Positions 35,863-48,440 of a stretch of 64,000 nucleotides of DNA are shown here, piece by piece. Every line of letters begins with the position of its first letter. Position 1 is the stretch's first letter. The translations under genes were made by a program, and so were the position numbers. The stretch is from contig NC_086101.1 in the NCBI RefSeq assembly GCF_963921235.1, forward strand, positions 59,024,001-59,088,000, in the 5' to 3' direction. The notes under the pieces were generated by a model that did no database searches, was not told the origin of the DNA, and saw only the letters and a program-made list of their open reading frames with translations. The stretch is from Mobula hypostoma. Its lineage: Eukaryota.

Positions 35863-37821
35863 TGTCATAAGACCGTAAGATATAGGAGCAGAAATAGGCC
35901 ATTTAGCCCATCAAGTCTGCTTTGCCATTTCATTATGGCTGATTCAATTTTTCTCCCAACCTGAAACTCCTGCCTTCTCACTGAATCCTTTCATGATCTG
36001 AAGAATCAAAAATCAACTTTTGCCTTAAATATACATAAAGACTTTGTCTCCAGATCTGACTATGTCAAAGAATTCCACAGGTTCATCATTCTCTGGCAAA
36101 AAAATTCTACCTCATCTCCATTCAAAAAGTACACCCATCTATTCTTAGGGTGTGTCCTCTGGTCCTAGATTCTCCCATCACAGGAAATGTCCCCTCCACA
36201 TCTACTCTATCAAGGTTTTTCACCACTTGATAGGTTTCAATAAGGTCATCCCTCAATCTTATGAGTTCTAGTGAACACAGGCCTGAATCATCCAATGCTC
36301 TTCATGTGACAAGCTGTTCAATCCTGGAATCATATTTGTGAACCTCCTTTGAACCCTCTCCAGTATCAGCACATCCTTTCTAAGAGGCCCAAACCTGTTC
36401 ACAGTACTCCAAGTGAGACCTCACCAGTGCTTTATAAAGTCTCTAAATTACGTCCTTGCTTTTATATTCTAGTTCTCTTGAAATGAATGCTAAAATTGCA
36501 TTTTCCTTGCTCACTGCAGATTTCAACCTGAAAATTAACCTTTAGGGAATACTACAAAAGCACTCTCAAGTCCCTTTGCACCTCAGATTTTTTTTCTATT
36601 TTCTCTCTATTTAGGAAATAGTCAACCCTTTTATTTCTTCTATCAACATTCATGGCCATGCATTTCCCGACACTGTATTTCACCTCCCACTTCTTTGCCC
36701 ATTCTTCTAATCTGTCTGTCTTTCTTTAGCTTCTCTACTTCCTCAAAACTACCTGTCCCTCCCCCATCTTCATTTCATCGGTAATCTTTGCAACAAAGCC
36801 ATCAATTCCATCATACAAATCAATGACAAATCATGTAAAAAGAATCAGCCCCTGTGGAACACCACTAGTCACCAGCAGCCAGCCAGAAAGGGCTCCTTTC
36901 ATTCCCAATCTTTGTCGCCTGCCAATAATCAGCCACTGCTTTATCCGTGCTAGAATCTTTCTTGTAATAGCATGGCTTGTAGCTGGTTAGGCAGTCTCAT
37001 GTGTGGCACCTTGTCAAAGGCCTTCGGAAAACTCAAGTACACAGCGTCAACCAATTCTCCTTCATCTGTCCAGCTTGTTATTTCTTCAAATAATTCCAAC
37101 AGATTTGTCAGGCAAGATTTTCCCTTGAGGAAACCATGCTGACTATGACATATTTTATCATGTGCATCCAAGTATCTAGAGGCCTCATCCTTAATAATCA
37201 ACTCAAATGTATTCTCAAACACTAAGGTCAGACTAACTGGTCAATAGTTTCCTTTCTTCTGCCTCTTCTCCCTTCTTGAAGAGAGGAGTGATATTTGCAA
37301 TATTCCAGTCTTGTGGGACCATTCCAGAATCTGGGTGATACTTGAAAATTCATTACTAATGCCTCTGTAATCTCTTCAGCCATCTCCTTAAGAATCCTGG
37401 GACGTACACGATCTGGTCCTTGCAACTTATCCACCTTCAGATCTTTCAGTTTCTTCACCTCACTTCATGACTCCTGACACCTGGAACTTCCACCATACTG
37501 CTAGTATCTTCCAGAGTGATGACTGATGCAAAAACTTATTCAGTTTGTCCACCATTTCCTTGTTCCCCATTACAACCTCTCCAGCATCTTTCTCCTGTGG
37601 TGCAATATCCACTCTCACTCTCTTTTACACTTGATATATCTGAAGAAATAATCTTCAGAAAGGGTATCCTCATTAATATGATTGGCTAGCTTGCTTTTGT
37701 ATTCCATCTTTACTTTCTTAGTGACTTTTTAATTGCCTTCTCGTGGTTTATAAAAGCTTCCCAATCCTCTAACATCACATTAATTTTCGCTCCATTATAC
37801 GCTCTCCCTTTGGTTTTTATG

Positions 37822-39809
37822 CAATACTCACAACAAGCCGGAGGAGCTCAGCAGGTCGGGCAGCATCCGTGGAAAAGATCTGTCGACGTTTCGGGCTGGA
37901 AACCTTCGTCAGGACTGTAGGGGGAAGGGGCAGAGGCCCTATAAAGAAGGTGGGGGGAGGGTGAGAAGGAGAAGGCTGGTAGGTTCCAGGAGAAAAACCA
38001 GTAAGTGGAAAGATAAAGAGGTGGGGAAGGGAGGCAAGGAGGTGATAGGCAGGAAAGGTGAAGAAAGAATAGGGGAAAACACAATGGGTAGTAGAAGGAG
38101 GTAGAACCAAGAGGGAGGAGGTAGGCAGCTGGGGGAGGGGGCAGAGTGACATAGGGATAGGGGAAGTGGGGGGGGGGAGGGAATTACCGGTTGGAGAATT
38201 CTATGTTCATACCAAGGGGCTGGAGACTACCTAGACAGTATATGAGGTGTTGCTCCTCCAACCTGAGTTTAGCCTCATCATGGCAGTAGAGGAGGCCATG
38301 TATGGACATATCTGATTGGGAGTGGGAAGCAGAGTTGAAGTGGTGGCTATTGGGAGATCCTGTCTGTTTTGGCGGATGGAGCGGAGGTGCTCGATGAAGT
38401 GATCCCCCAATCTGCGTCGGGTTTCACCGATGTAGAGAAGGCCACACCAGGAGCACCGGATACAATAGATGACCCCAAAAGACTCTCAAGTGAAGTGTTG
38501 CCTCACTTGGAAGTACTGTTTGGGGCCCTGAATGGTGGCAAGAGAGGAAGTGTAGGGACAGGAGTAGCGCTTGCGCTTACAGGGATAAGTGCCAGGAGGA
38601 AGATCCATGGGGAGGGACGTGTGGACCAGGGAGTTGCGGAGGAACCGATCCCTGCGGAAGGCAGAGAGGGGTGGAGAGGGAAAGATGTGCTTAGTGGTGG
38701 GGTCCTGTTGAAGGAAAACCTCATCCTCGGAGCAGATGCGGCGGAGACGGAGGAACTGGGAATAGGGAAAAGGCAATGGTTTTTCCGTTCCAGGACATCT
38801 CAAATGTCCTCTTTCTTTAAGGATCGCGGTTTCCCTTCTGCTGTCATTAATGATGCCCTCACCCGCATCTCCTCCATTTCCCGCACTTCGGCTCTCACCC
38901 CATCCTCCCGCCACCACAACAGGGACAGAGTTCCCCTTGTCCTCACCTACCACCCAACTAGCCTCCGAATCCAACACATTATCCTCCGCAACTTCCGCCA
39001 CCTTCAACAGGACCCCACCACTAAACACATCTTCCCCTCTCCACCCCTCTCCGCCTTCTGCAGGGATTGGTCCCTCCCCACGGATCTCCCACCTGGCACT
39101 TATCCCTGTAAGTGCAAGTGCTACACCTGTCTCTACACCTCCTCTCTTTCCACCATTCAGGGCCCCAAACAGTACTTCCAAGTGAGGCAACACTTCAGTT
39201 GTGAGTCTGTTGGGGTCATCTATTGCATCCGGTGCTCCCGGTGTGGCCTCCTCTACATCGGTGAAACCCGACGCAGATTGGGGGACCACTTCGTCGAGCA
39301 CCTCCGCTCCGTCTGCCACAACAGACAGGATCTCCCAGTGGCCACCCACTTCAACTCTGCCTCCCACTCCCATTCAGATATGTCCATACATGGCCTCCTC
39401 TACTGCCATGATGAGGCTAAACTCAGGTTGGAGGAGCAACACCTCATATACCGTCTAGGTAGTCTCTAGCCCCTTGGTATGAACATAGAATTCTCCAACT
39501 TCCAGTAATTCCCTTTCCCCCCCCTTCCCCTATCCCTATTTCACTCTGCCCCCTCTCCCAGCTACCTACCTCCTCCCTCTTGGTTCCGCATCCTTCTACT
39601 ACCCATTCTGTTTTCCCCTATTCTTTCTTCACCTTTCCTGCCTATCACCTCCCTACCTCCCTTCCCCCACCCCTTTATCTTTCCCCTTACTGGTTATTCT
39701 CCTGGAACCTACCAGCCTTCTCCTTCCCACCCTGACCCCACCTTCTTTATAGGGCCTCTGCCCCTTCCCCCTATAGTCCTGACCCCAGCATCTGCAGAGT
39801 ATTTTGTGT
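37822..39809. mobile_element. Palindromic (head-to-head) Penelope-like insertion with 14-bp TSD
   Basis: CTTTGGTTTTTATG at 37808-37821 and 39810-39823; GIY-YIG region and pseudo-LTR present on both strands. Confidence 0.9.
37882..37915 (-). ncRNA. Minimal type-I hammerhead ribozyme (core intact)
   Basis: GUC-CUGACGA-A-GGUU(UCCA)GCCC-GAAAC-GUC^GAC. Confidence 0.75.
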
Positions 39810-40534
39810 CTTTGGTTTTTATGTTAGCTTTGAGATCTCTTGTTAGCCATGGTTGTGTCATCTTGTCTTTAGAATACTTCTTCCTCTTTAGGGTATATAT
39901 ATACTCTACCTTCTGAATTGCTTCCAGAATTTCCAGCCATTGCAGCTCTGCCATCATCTCTGCCAGTGTTCTTTTCTAATGAAGTTTGGCCAACACTTCT
40001 CTCATGCCTCTGTAATTCCCTTTACTCCTGTCAATACCTCCAGTTGAACTCTGTCTTTTTGTGTGTTTCCTGCCAGCTGTCAGTCTGTGGTTTTGTATTG
40101 CCATGTGCTCCTGTCCCCACTACTGCTCTACAACGGCCCCTGTATTACTGAGTACTCTGTCTCTCCTCTGTTTCTCATTATTACCTGTATAGCTGCTACC
40201 TGTGACTCATTTTACTTCACCTATCATCTGCCTCTCTGTTTACTGTTCAGTGTATTTCAGTCTTGTGTTTTCACCTGTTAGTTGCCAGATTGTGCCAATG
40301 AATTTTCCTGAGCCTTTCCAGCATTTGTATCTGTACGCTGTCCGTCTGAATATCAACTCTGCCTGTTTCCTGATACTGGTTTTTGTATTTCTCTGGACGT
40401 TTTACTCTCTGCCCGAACTTTGACACTGACTTTGCACCTTGGAATTTGTTACTCAATTAATATCACTGTGTGCACAGTACTGTGTCAGTGATAGGATCCC
40501 TGCTCCAGCGCCCTGACAGTACATTCTGGCCAGA

Positions 40535-41525
40535 ATGGATCCAGCAGACTCCAGGTCGTCTGAGAGCTTCCCTGGAACAACAAGGAGTGATGCTGGGGAG
40601 ACACCAGAACCAGCTGGACTCTGCGTTCAGGGCAGTGGAGTTGCTTTCTGCCAATGTAGGCAATATTATGGCCCAGACTCAGTCACTCCAGAGTGCCCAT
40701 CATCATTCTGTGACTGCATCTTCTGCCCCATCCTTCATGTTCTTGTTTACTTCTCCCATCCAAGAGCCCTGTCTGCCTCCTCCAGAAAAGTACTCGGGTG
40801 AGCCTGGTACCTGCCGCTCTCTTCTTTCCCAGTGCACCCTCATTTTTGATTTACAACCAATAACCGTTCCGACTGAACGAGCCATGTTGGCCTACATCAT
40901 CATTCAACCGTCCAGTCGGGTGAGGGAATGGGGAACAGCCATCTGGGAGCAAAGTTCACCTTTCTTCATCAGTTTTCAGTTATTTTCTGAGGAGATGAGA
41001 AAGATGTTTGATTGCTCCAAATATGGGAGAGAGGCTGCTCGTGAAATGCTGCACATGCACCAGGGGTGCAGATCTGTGTCTGATTACGCCAAAGAGTTCC
41101 AGATCCTAGCCACTACCAGTGGCTGAAACTCAGCGGCACAGTATGACACCTTCCTAAACGACCTCTCCGAAGACATCGAAGATAAGCTGGTCACCCAGGA
41201 CCTTCCTGCCACCTTTGAAGCCCTGGTGGAGTTGGCCATCTGTATTGATGTTTGCCTTCAGCAGTGCCGCAGAGGGAGGGTTTCCAGAGGGTCCCTGGGG
41301 GCACTGGGTGAGTTCCAAGCTCCTCGTCAGTCTACATTGCCCTGCCATTTGCCCCCATCTACAATTCCTGTTCCAGAACCCGAAGCTATGAAGATTGACT
41401 GTACCTGCCCATCACCGAATGAAAGACAAAGGAGAATCAGCACCCGCTCCTGTCTGTACTGTGGCCAACCCGACCACTTCATCTCCATCTGCCCAGTAAA
41501 AGCCAAGCACTCACCAGCAGGATGA
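40535..41525 (+). pseudogene. gag: Sushi-type Gag (PEG10/RTL1-related), frameshifted
   Basis: MDPAD start; EPCLPPPEKYSGEPGTCR; QGCRSVSDYAKEF; PEAMKI; CLYCGQPDHFISIC zinc knuckle. Confidence 0.9.
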
Positions 41526-44500
41526 GGAGTATTGGTGTGTGTGACCCCTGTCCAGCCCTCCTCAACGCCATTCACTCTCATACCTGCTTCTCTGGAGTGG
41601 GGCGTCTAATGGCGAGCAGTCTCCATCTTGGTCGATTCTGGTACGGAGGGGTGTTTTATCGATTGCTGCTTGGCTGCCCAGTGGGGATTACCCACGTCTG
41701 CTCTCCGGTCACCAATGGTGGCTAACGCCTTGAATGGTCAGAGACTGGCTAACATCACCCATGTCACAGCCCCAGTGAGTCCCAGTTTATCCAGAAACCA
41801 TCATGAACAGTTAATCCTTTGTTATTGACTCTCCTCAAGTTCCCATTGTCCTGGGCCATCCCTGGTCAGTTAAACACAACCCTCACATTGACTGGCTCAG
41901 TTGCAAGATTGTAGGCTGGAGCCCATTTCGTCACTCCCACTGCCTCTGCCATGCTCAGATCCCCTTGTCTCTAAGCCCAGATCCCCCAAGGAATTTCTGG
42001 ACCTTAGTGCCATCCCTCCTGAATACATGGACCTCAAGGCTGTGTTTAGCAAGTCCCGGGCCTCTTCCCTACTGCCTCATCATCCATATGATTGCACAAT
42101 TGTTCTCTTGCCTGGCACATCTCCCCCAAGGGGCTGCCCATATTCCCTGTCCATACCTGAAGCAGAAGCCACGAGTAAGTACATTCAAGAGTCTCTGGCT
42201 GCAGGCATCATCTGGCTGTCTTCCTCCCCACTGGTGTTGGTTTTTTTCTTTGTTGAAACGAAGAACGGCTCCTTGCGTCCATGCATTGATTTAAAGTTAG
42301 TCTGTCCCAAGCCTTGTGGCCCATCAGGCTGGTGCTTACGCCGGTTTTTGTGGTGTGAAGCGACTGAGAGTATGAGACTCTACCCCTGCTCCCCCCCCGC
42401 CCAGATAGGACGCCAGTCTATCGCAATGTTAACCCCCAGCATTTGCCGGTACCCATTTTCAGCTGGGTGGACTAGAGCATTGTGTGGTTAAGTGCCTTGC
42501 CTAAGGACACAACATGCTGCCTTTTACCGAGACTCGAACTCACGACCTTCAATTTGTGAGCCCAACGCCTTAACCACTTGGCCACGTGCCACAGATGCAT
42601 TGATTACGGGGGACTGAATGAAGCCACTGTTTAGAACTCTTTTCCGCTCATGACCTCAGCATTTGAACTACTGCAAGGAGTCTCAGTTTTCACCAAGCTT
42701 GATCTCCGTAACACCTACCATCTTATCTGTATCCGCGAAGGGGACGAGTGGAAGATGACCTTCCACACCACCCCAGGCCATTACGAGTATTTGGTCATGC
42801 CATTCGGTCTTACCAATGCCCCCACTGTCTTCCAAGCCCTGGTAAATGACATTCTCAGGGACATGCTGAACCAATTTGTTTCTGTGTATCTCGATGACAT
42901 TTTGATGTTTTTCTCTAGCGGAACACACAGGTCACATCCGCAGAGTTCTCCAGCACCTTCTGGAGAACCAGCTCTTTGTGAAGGCTGAGAAATGTGAGTT
43001 TCATTGCAATACCGTCTCCTTCCTGGGGTATGTAATTTCAGGCAGTTCCATTCAGATGGACTAGCAGAAGGTCAAGACGGTGGACGAATGGCCCCAGCCT
43101 TCGACTCATTGGGAGTTGCAACGCTTCTTGGGCTTTGCTAACTTCTATCACCACTTCATCAGAAATTACAGTTCACTGGCTGCACCACTCACTGCTCTTA
43201 CCTCATCGGCTGTCAGATACTCCTGGTCTCCTGCTGCTGAAAAAGCATTCTCTGACCTGAAGGAACGTTTCACCTCTGCCCCCATCCTGATTCAACCTGA
43301 CACCGACTGGCAGTTCATTGTGGAGGTGGATGCATCTGACATTGGCGTAGGAGCTGTTCTTTCTCAGTGCACAGCCAAGGATGAGAAGGTACACCCCTGC
43401 GCCGCCTTCTCTCATCGCCTCACTCCCACAGAGCGGAATTACGATGTCGGAAACTGGGAGCTGCTGGCTGTGAAGCCAGCTCTGGAGGAGTGGAGGCATT
43501 GGCTGGAGGGACAAAAGGTGTCATTCTTGGTCTGGACTGATCACAAGAATCTGGAATATATCCATACTGCCAAGTGTCTCAACTCGCGTCCAGCTCGTTG
43601 GTCCCTGTTTTTCTCAAGATTCAGTTTAACTCTGTCCTTCTGTCCCAGTTCCAAGAATGGAAAACCTGATGCCCTCTCCCAAAGGTTTCCCTCCTCTGAG
43701 ACCCCTGAGGTTCCTGATATCATCCTCCCTGATCACTGTCTCATGGGTGCCGTGTAATTGAACATTAAATTCATTGTGCAAGCTGTTCAACTGAGCGAGG
43801 CAGCCCCTAGTCAATGTCCACTAACTGTGTTTATGTTCCCAGCTCAGTCCGCTCACAGGTATTGCAGTGGGGTCATTCTTCCCGGTTACCCTGTCACCCT
43901 GGAACCAAGCATACTCGGGCCTTCATCAGTTGGCGGTTCTGGTGGCCCTCCATGGGAGATGACATCCGCAACATTGTCTCAGCCTGCTCGGTCTGTGCTC
44001 AAGGCAAGAACTCTAACTAGTCATCTGCTGGTCTGTTACAACACCTGTCTATCTCCAAGAGACCATGGTCCCACATTGTCCAGGATTTTGTCACCTGTCT
44101 TCCCCCATCAGATGGTAACACCACCATTCTCACAGTAGTCGATTGTTTCTCCAAGTCCGTATACTTCATTCTTTTACCTAAACTCCCCTCTGCCAAAGAA
44201 ATAGCCAAATTACTAGTTTTGCATGTTTCTAAATTACATGTTTTACCTGTAGATGTTGTGTCAGACAGGGGCTATCAATTTGTATCCGACTTCTGGAGGG
44301 CATTCTGTAATCTTCTGGGTGCTTCTGTGAGCCTGTCTTCAGAATTCCACCCACAGACCAATGGTCAGACCGAGCAGGCCAACCAACAGCTAGAGACAGT
44401 ACTGCGGTGTCTGGTCTCCCAGAACCCCTCTACGTGGAGTCAGCAGCTACCCCTGGCAGGGTACGCCATAAAATCTCATCCATCCTCATCCACCAGTCTG

Positions 44501-45100
44501 TCCCCCTTCGAGTGCTGCCTTGGCAACCAACCCAGGAGGAGGAGGTTGGCGTTCCATCTGCTGAGGCAGACGTGGAGGCGCACTCACTCAGCCCTTCTCT
44601 GTGCTTCTGCTAGGATCAAGCGTCAAGCTGACTGCAATCGCTCCGAGGCCCCACGTTACCGCCAGGGACAGCGTGTGTGGTTTTCAACCCAAGACCTGCC
44701 TCTCGAGGTGGATTCCTGCAAGCTTGCCGCTTGCTTCATCAGCCCCTTTCCCATTGCTAAAGTCATCAGCCCTGCTGCCGTCTGTCTCAAGTTCCCCTCC
44801 ACTCTCCACTGCATTCATCCCACCTTCCATGTGTCCCGCATCAAGCCTTTCATGAGCCACCCCATGTCCTGTCCCTAAACCCCCCTCCCCACAGGTCATT
44901 AATGGGTCAGAGACCTTCACAGTGTATCATTTGCTGGACGTTCGTCGTGGGGGCCATGGCCTCCAGTACCTTGCGGACTGGGAGGGCTGTGATCCTGAGG
45001 AGAGGTGCTGGGTCCCCATCTGTAATATCCTGGACCCCTCTCTCATCAGGGATTTTCATCACCAGCACCCATCTCTACCTGCCATGATGCCAAGAGGTGT
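41526..45100 (+). pseudogene. pol: Pol: protease, RT, RNase H, integrase, chromodomain; multiple stops and frameshifts
   Basis: LVDSGT; [15 protein letters not shown]; [17 protein letters not shown]; H..HPG..CSVC; SDRG..HPQTNGQTE; QYLADWEG..EERCWVP. Confidence 0.92.
42292..42594 (-). mobile_element. tRNA-derived SINE (MetaSINE-like) with 11-bp TSD
   Basis: TSD ATGCATTGATT at 42281-42291 and 42595-42605; A box TGGCCAAGTGG; B box GTTCGAGTC; splits the RT motif RPCID|Y. Confidence 0.9.
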
Positions 45101-46599
45101 CCATTGTGGGGGGGGGGGTACTGTCAGTATCTCCAGTTGAACTCTGTCAGTCTGTGGTTTTGTATTGCCATGTGCTCCTGTCCCCACTCCTGCTCGACTC
45201 TGGCCCCTGTATTACTGAGTACTGTGTCTCTCACCTGTTTCTCATTATTACCTGTTTTGCTTCTACCTGTGTCTCATTGTGCTCCACCTATCATCTGCCT
45301 CTCTATTTATTGCTCAGTGTAGTTTAGTCCTGTGTTTTCAACTGTCTGTTGCCAGATTGTGCCAGTGAGTTTCTGTGAGCCCTTGCGGCATTCATATCTA
45401 AACTCTATCTGTCCAAATATTAACTCTGTCTTTTTCCCGATTCTGGTTTTTGGATTTCTCTGGATGTTTTGATCTCTGCCTGAACTTTGACACTGACTTT
45501 GTTTGCGCCTTGGGATTTGTTACTCAATGAATATCACTGTGTGCACAGTACTGGGTCTGATCCAGTGCCCTGATAACTCCACTGAAATACATCTGACTTT
45601 AGCTTCTCCTTCTCATACTTCAGGATGAGGTCGTTCATATTATGATCACTTACCCCTAACATAACTTTCCCGAAAATACCATCCGGGAATATTGTTTTCG
45701 CCTCCAGAACCTCCTGTCCATTCCGCTAACTAATAATCCCCTATGATCATAGTGTGTTTCTTCTCTCCCCTTCCCTTCTGAGTCGTTGACCCAGACTCAA
45801 TGCCGGAGACCCAACCACTGTGATTTTCTACTGTTAGGTCCATGTCCCACAACCATATGTAAAGTGATATACCTGTTGTTGAGGAGAATGGCCACTGGGA
45901 TACTCTGCACAGGTGCCTTAACCCCATTCCCCTCTGTCACCCAGTTTCCTGCATCCTGCACCTCTCTGTATGTCCTATCTATCACTCTCCCAGTCTCCAA
46001 AATGATCCGAAGTTCATCCGGTTTCAGCTCCAACTCCTTGATGTGAATTATTAGAAGCTGCAGCTGGATGAACTTCTCACATTTGTAGTCATCAGGGACA
46101 CTGCAGGTCACCCTGCCTTCCCACATCCCACAACAGGAGCATTCAACCATTCTGCCTGGTATCTCTACTATCCTATCTGAGCAGCGATGGGTGTTTAAAA
46201 AAAACTAACCTAGAACTGTCCTTTGCTTTCTCTAACAGAAGTGTCTCTTCACTGAAGCTTCGAAGAGCTAAAGCCTCCAGATCACCACTCTGACTCTGTC
46301 CACTTGCATGTTGGCTGCTGCACTTGCCCCTGCCTTCCTTTAATTTGCTCTTGCTAAATGCCGATTGGTTGCTGGTCAAAGCTGTAGTGACCTGTTGCTG
46401 GCTTTGCTACTTGGGCGGTGGACCCAAGTGAAATCACTTCCTCTCAAAATTTCCAATGTCCAGTTTGGTCACTGGTTAAATCTTTTTCACTGTTGTCATC
46501 CACTGCTGACTTTTCTACTCAGCCAGCAGACCTGAGTGAAATCCCCTCCTCTCAAAACTGCTGATGTGTAGATTGGTCGCTAACCAAAGCTCCTACCCC

Positions 46600-46860
46600 T
46601 AGGTCTCCTTCTCTCCTTTCTGCCATGGTTCACTCTCCTCTCCTCTCAGATTTCTTCTTCTCCAGCCAATAAACTTTTGCACCCACCTGGCTTCACCTAT
46701 CAGATTCTGCTAACCTCCTTCCCCACCAGCCACCCCCCTCGCCTTTTTATTCTCAGTCATGAAGAAGGGTCTTGGCCCAAAATATGGACTATCTACTCAT
46801 TTCGATAGATGCTACCTGACCTGCCGAGTTCCTCCAGCATTTTGTGTGTTGCGTTGAATA
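46600..46860 (+). mobile_element. Degenerate Penelope pseudo-LTR with decayed hammerhead (about 46755-46790)
   Basis: AGTCATGAAGAAGGGTCTTGGCCCAAAATATGGACT followed by the ATAGATGCT.CCTGACCTGC tail. Confidence 0.7.
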
Positions 46861-46989
46861 GCCAAGCTGTGGTTTAGGAGGTGTGTTTGTAAACTAAATA
46901 TCATATCAAATCAGAACTGACAGCTTTAAGCTACCTCTTGTACCTTTAAATATCCATTTAAATTTGCAGTGCATACGTAGGACAGCTGC

Positions 46990-47306
46990 CATGGGAGTGT
47001 AATGGTTAGGACAATCTTATTTCAGCTCAGGGCATTCTGGAGTCCGGAGTTCAGTTAGAAGAGTATAGCACAGGAACAGTTCTCTGTACCTCCTCCCCGT
47101 GGAATGCTTGGGTTTTCCCTGGGGGTCCTGCACTTTTCTCCCACAGTCCAAAGATGCACCAGGTAGGTTCATCGGTTATCGTAAGTTGTCTCGTGATTAG
47201 GTTAAGGTTAATCAGGTTTGTTGGGGGTTGTTGGGGTGGCATGGCTTGCAGGGCCAGCAGGGCTACTCTGTGCTGTATTGCTAAATGACCAATAAATAAA
47301 ATAAAC
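46990..47306 (+). mobile_element. V-SINE-like SINE
   Basis: TGGGTTTTCCCTGGGGGTCC...CTCCCACAGTCCAAAGATG V-domain; (AATA)n tail. Confidence 0.7.
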
Positions 47307-48440
47307 AATTTGTTATCACTTCCTTTTGCTAATTACAGTAAATCTGGCTGTTGTTTCTGATACATCAGGAGTTTGAGATTCAGACATCTGCTTGGACTCT
47401 TACCAACTCACCTGCTTTACCAGATGCAGCTGTCATGAACAATTGACCTTTAGCAACCAAGAGGCTTCAGCAGGGAAGGGCCATCTGCACATGATTGATT
47501 AATCTCAGCTAGCAGACCCGAAAACTGTTGTACAATGTATTTACCTTGGAGAAGGCGATGGAAGCTGGGGAACTCATGGAAGAGAAAGGTGTTGTCTTGA
47601 AATATAACCACATTTTAAAAGAGGAGGTGCTGATTGTCTCAGTGCACATAAAAGTGGATAACTCCCCAGACCCTGACCAAATGTATCTTGGCACATCATG
47701 GGAAGGTAGAGAGGAATTGCTGCAGATCTGACAGAGATAATTGTATCATCATTATTTATGGTTGAGATACCAGAGGATTGGAGGGTGGCTAGTATTATAT
47801 ATTTATGTGATAAGGGCCGGAAGGATAAACACAAGAACAACAGCCTGGAGAGCTTAGTAGTGGGAATATTATTGGAGGGTTTTTTTTGTCAGACAGGATC
47901 TACCTGCATTTGGAAAGACAAGGACTGATTAGGGATAGTCAACATGGGGTTTTGGGTCTCATAAAGTTCAATGACCTCTTTTAAAGAGGTGACTGAGAAA
48001 GATGGGTGCATCGTAGACATGGTCTACATGGACTTCAGCAAAGCCTTTGTCAGATCCTACGTGGTCAGCTGGACCAAATGGTTAGATTATGTGAGATCCA
48101 GGGAGAAGTAGCCCATTGGATGAAAAATTGCTTGTTGAAAAGAGACAGAGTAGTGAAGGGATTGTTTTCAGATTGGAGGCCTGTGATCAATGATGTGTCA
48201 CAGGGAATGGTGCTGGGTCCATCTTTGTTTATCATCTTTGTGAACAATTTGAATGAGATTGTAGCTGGCGTGGATAGCAGGTTTGTGGATGGTGCTAGCA
48301 TTGGTGGTATAGTGAATAGCGAAGAAGATTGTCTAAGATTGTCACATTGCCAAAATCAACAGGGAAAGTGGTAGATGAAATTTTACTGAGAAAAGAGCTG
48401 TGTGTAGTGTTCTATGGAGTTAAACCAGCACATCAATTTT

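Larger units (their letters stand above)
40029..45575 (+). mobile_element. Full-length decayed Ty3/Gypsy chromovirus, Tf1/sushi group
   Basis: LTRs 40029-40518 and 45122-45575; TSD ACTCC (40024-40028, 45576-45580); poly-G PPT 45108-45118; order gag-PR-RT-RH-IN-chromo. Confidence 0.95.
35866..46600 (-). mobile_element. Long old CR1 (pieces about 35866-37821, 39824-40028, 45581-46600) including ORF1 N-terminus
   Basis: ORFs 36950-37222 and 37228-37458 (RT); 45797-46150 MVECSCCGMWE...CEKFIQLQLL (ORF1 zinc finger and coiled coil); continuity restored by two TSDs. Confidence 0.8.

Noticed and set aside
38369-39469. Overlapping 366-aa and 295-aa antisense ORFs as bidirectional genes
   Set aside because: Artefact of the inverted duplication; each reads antisense Penelope then sense Penelope.
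42515-42592. tRNA gene
   Set aside because: tRNA-like head of a TSD-flanked SINE; no complete cloverleaf or terminator.
40535-45100. Domesticated PEG10/RTL1-like host gene
   Set aside because: Retains both LTRs and a TSD and carries many stops, frameshifts and a SINE insertion; a dead retrotransposon.
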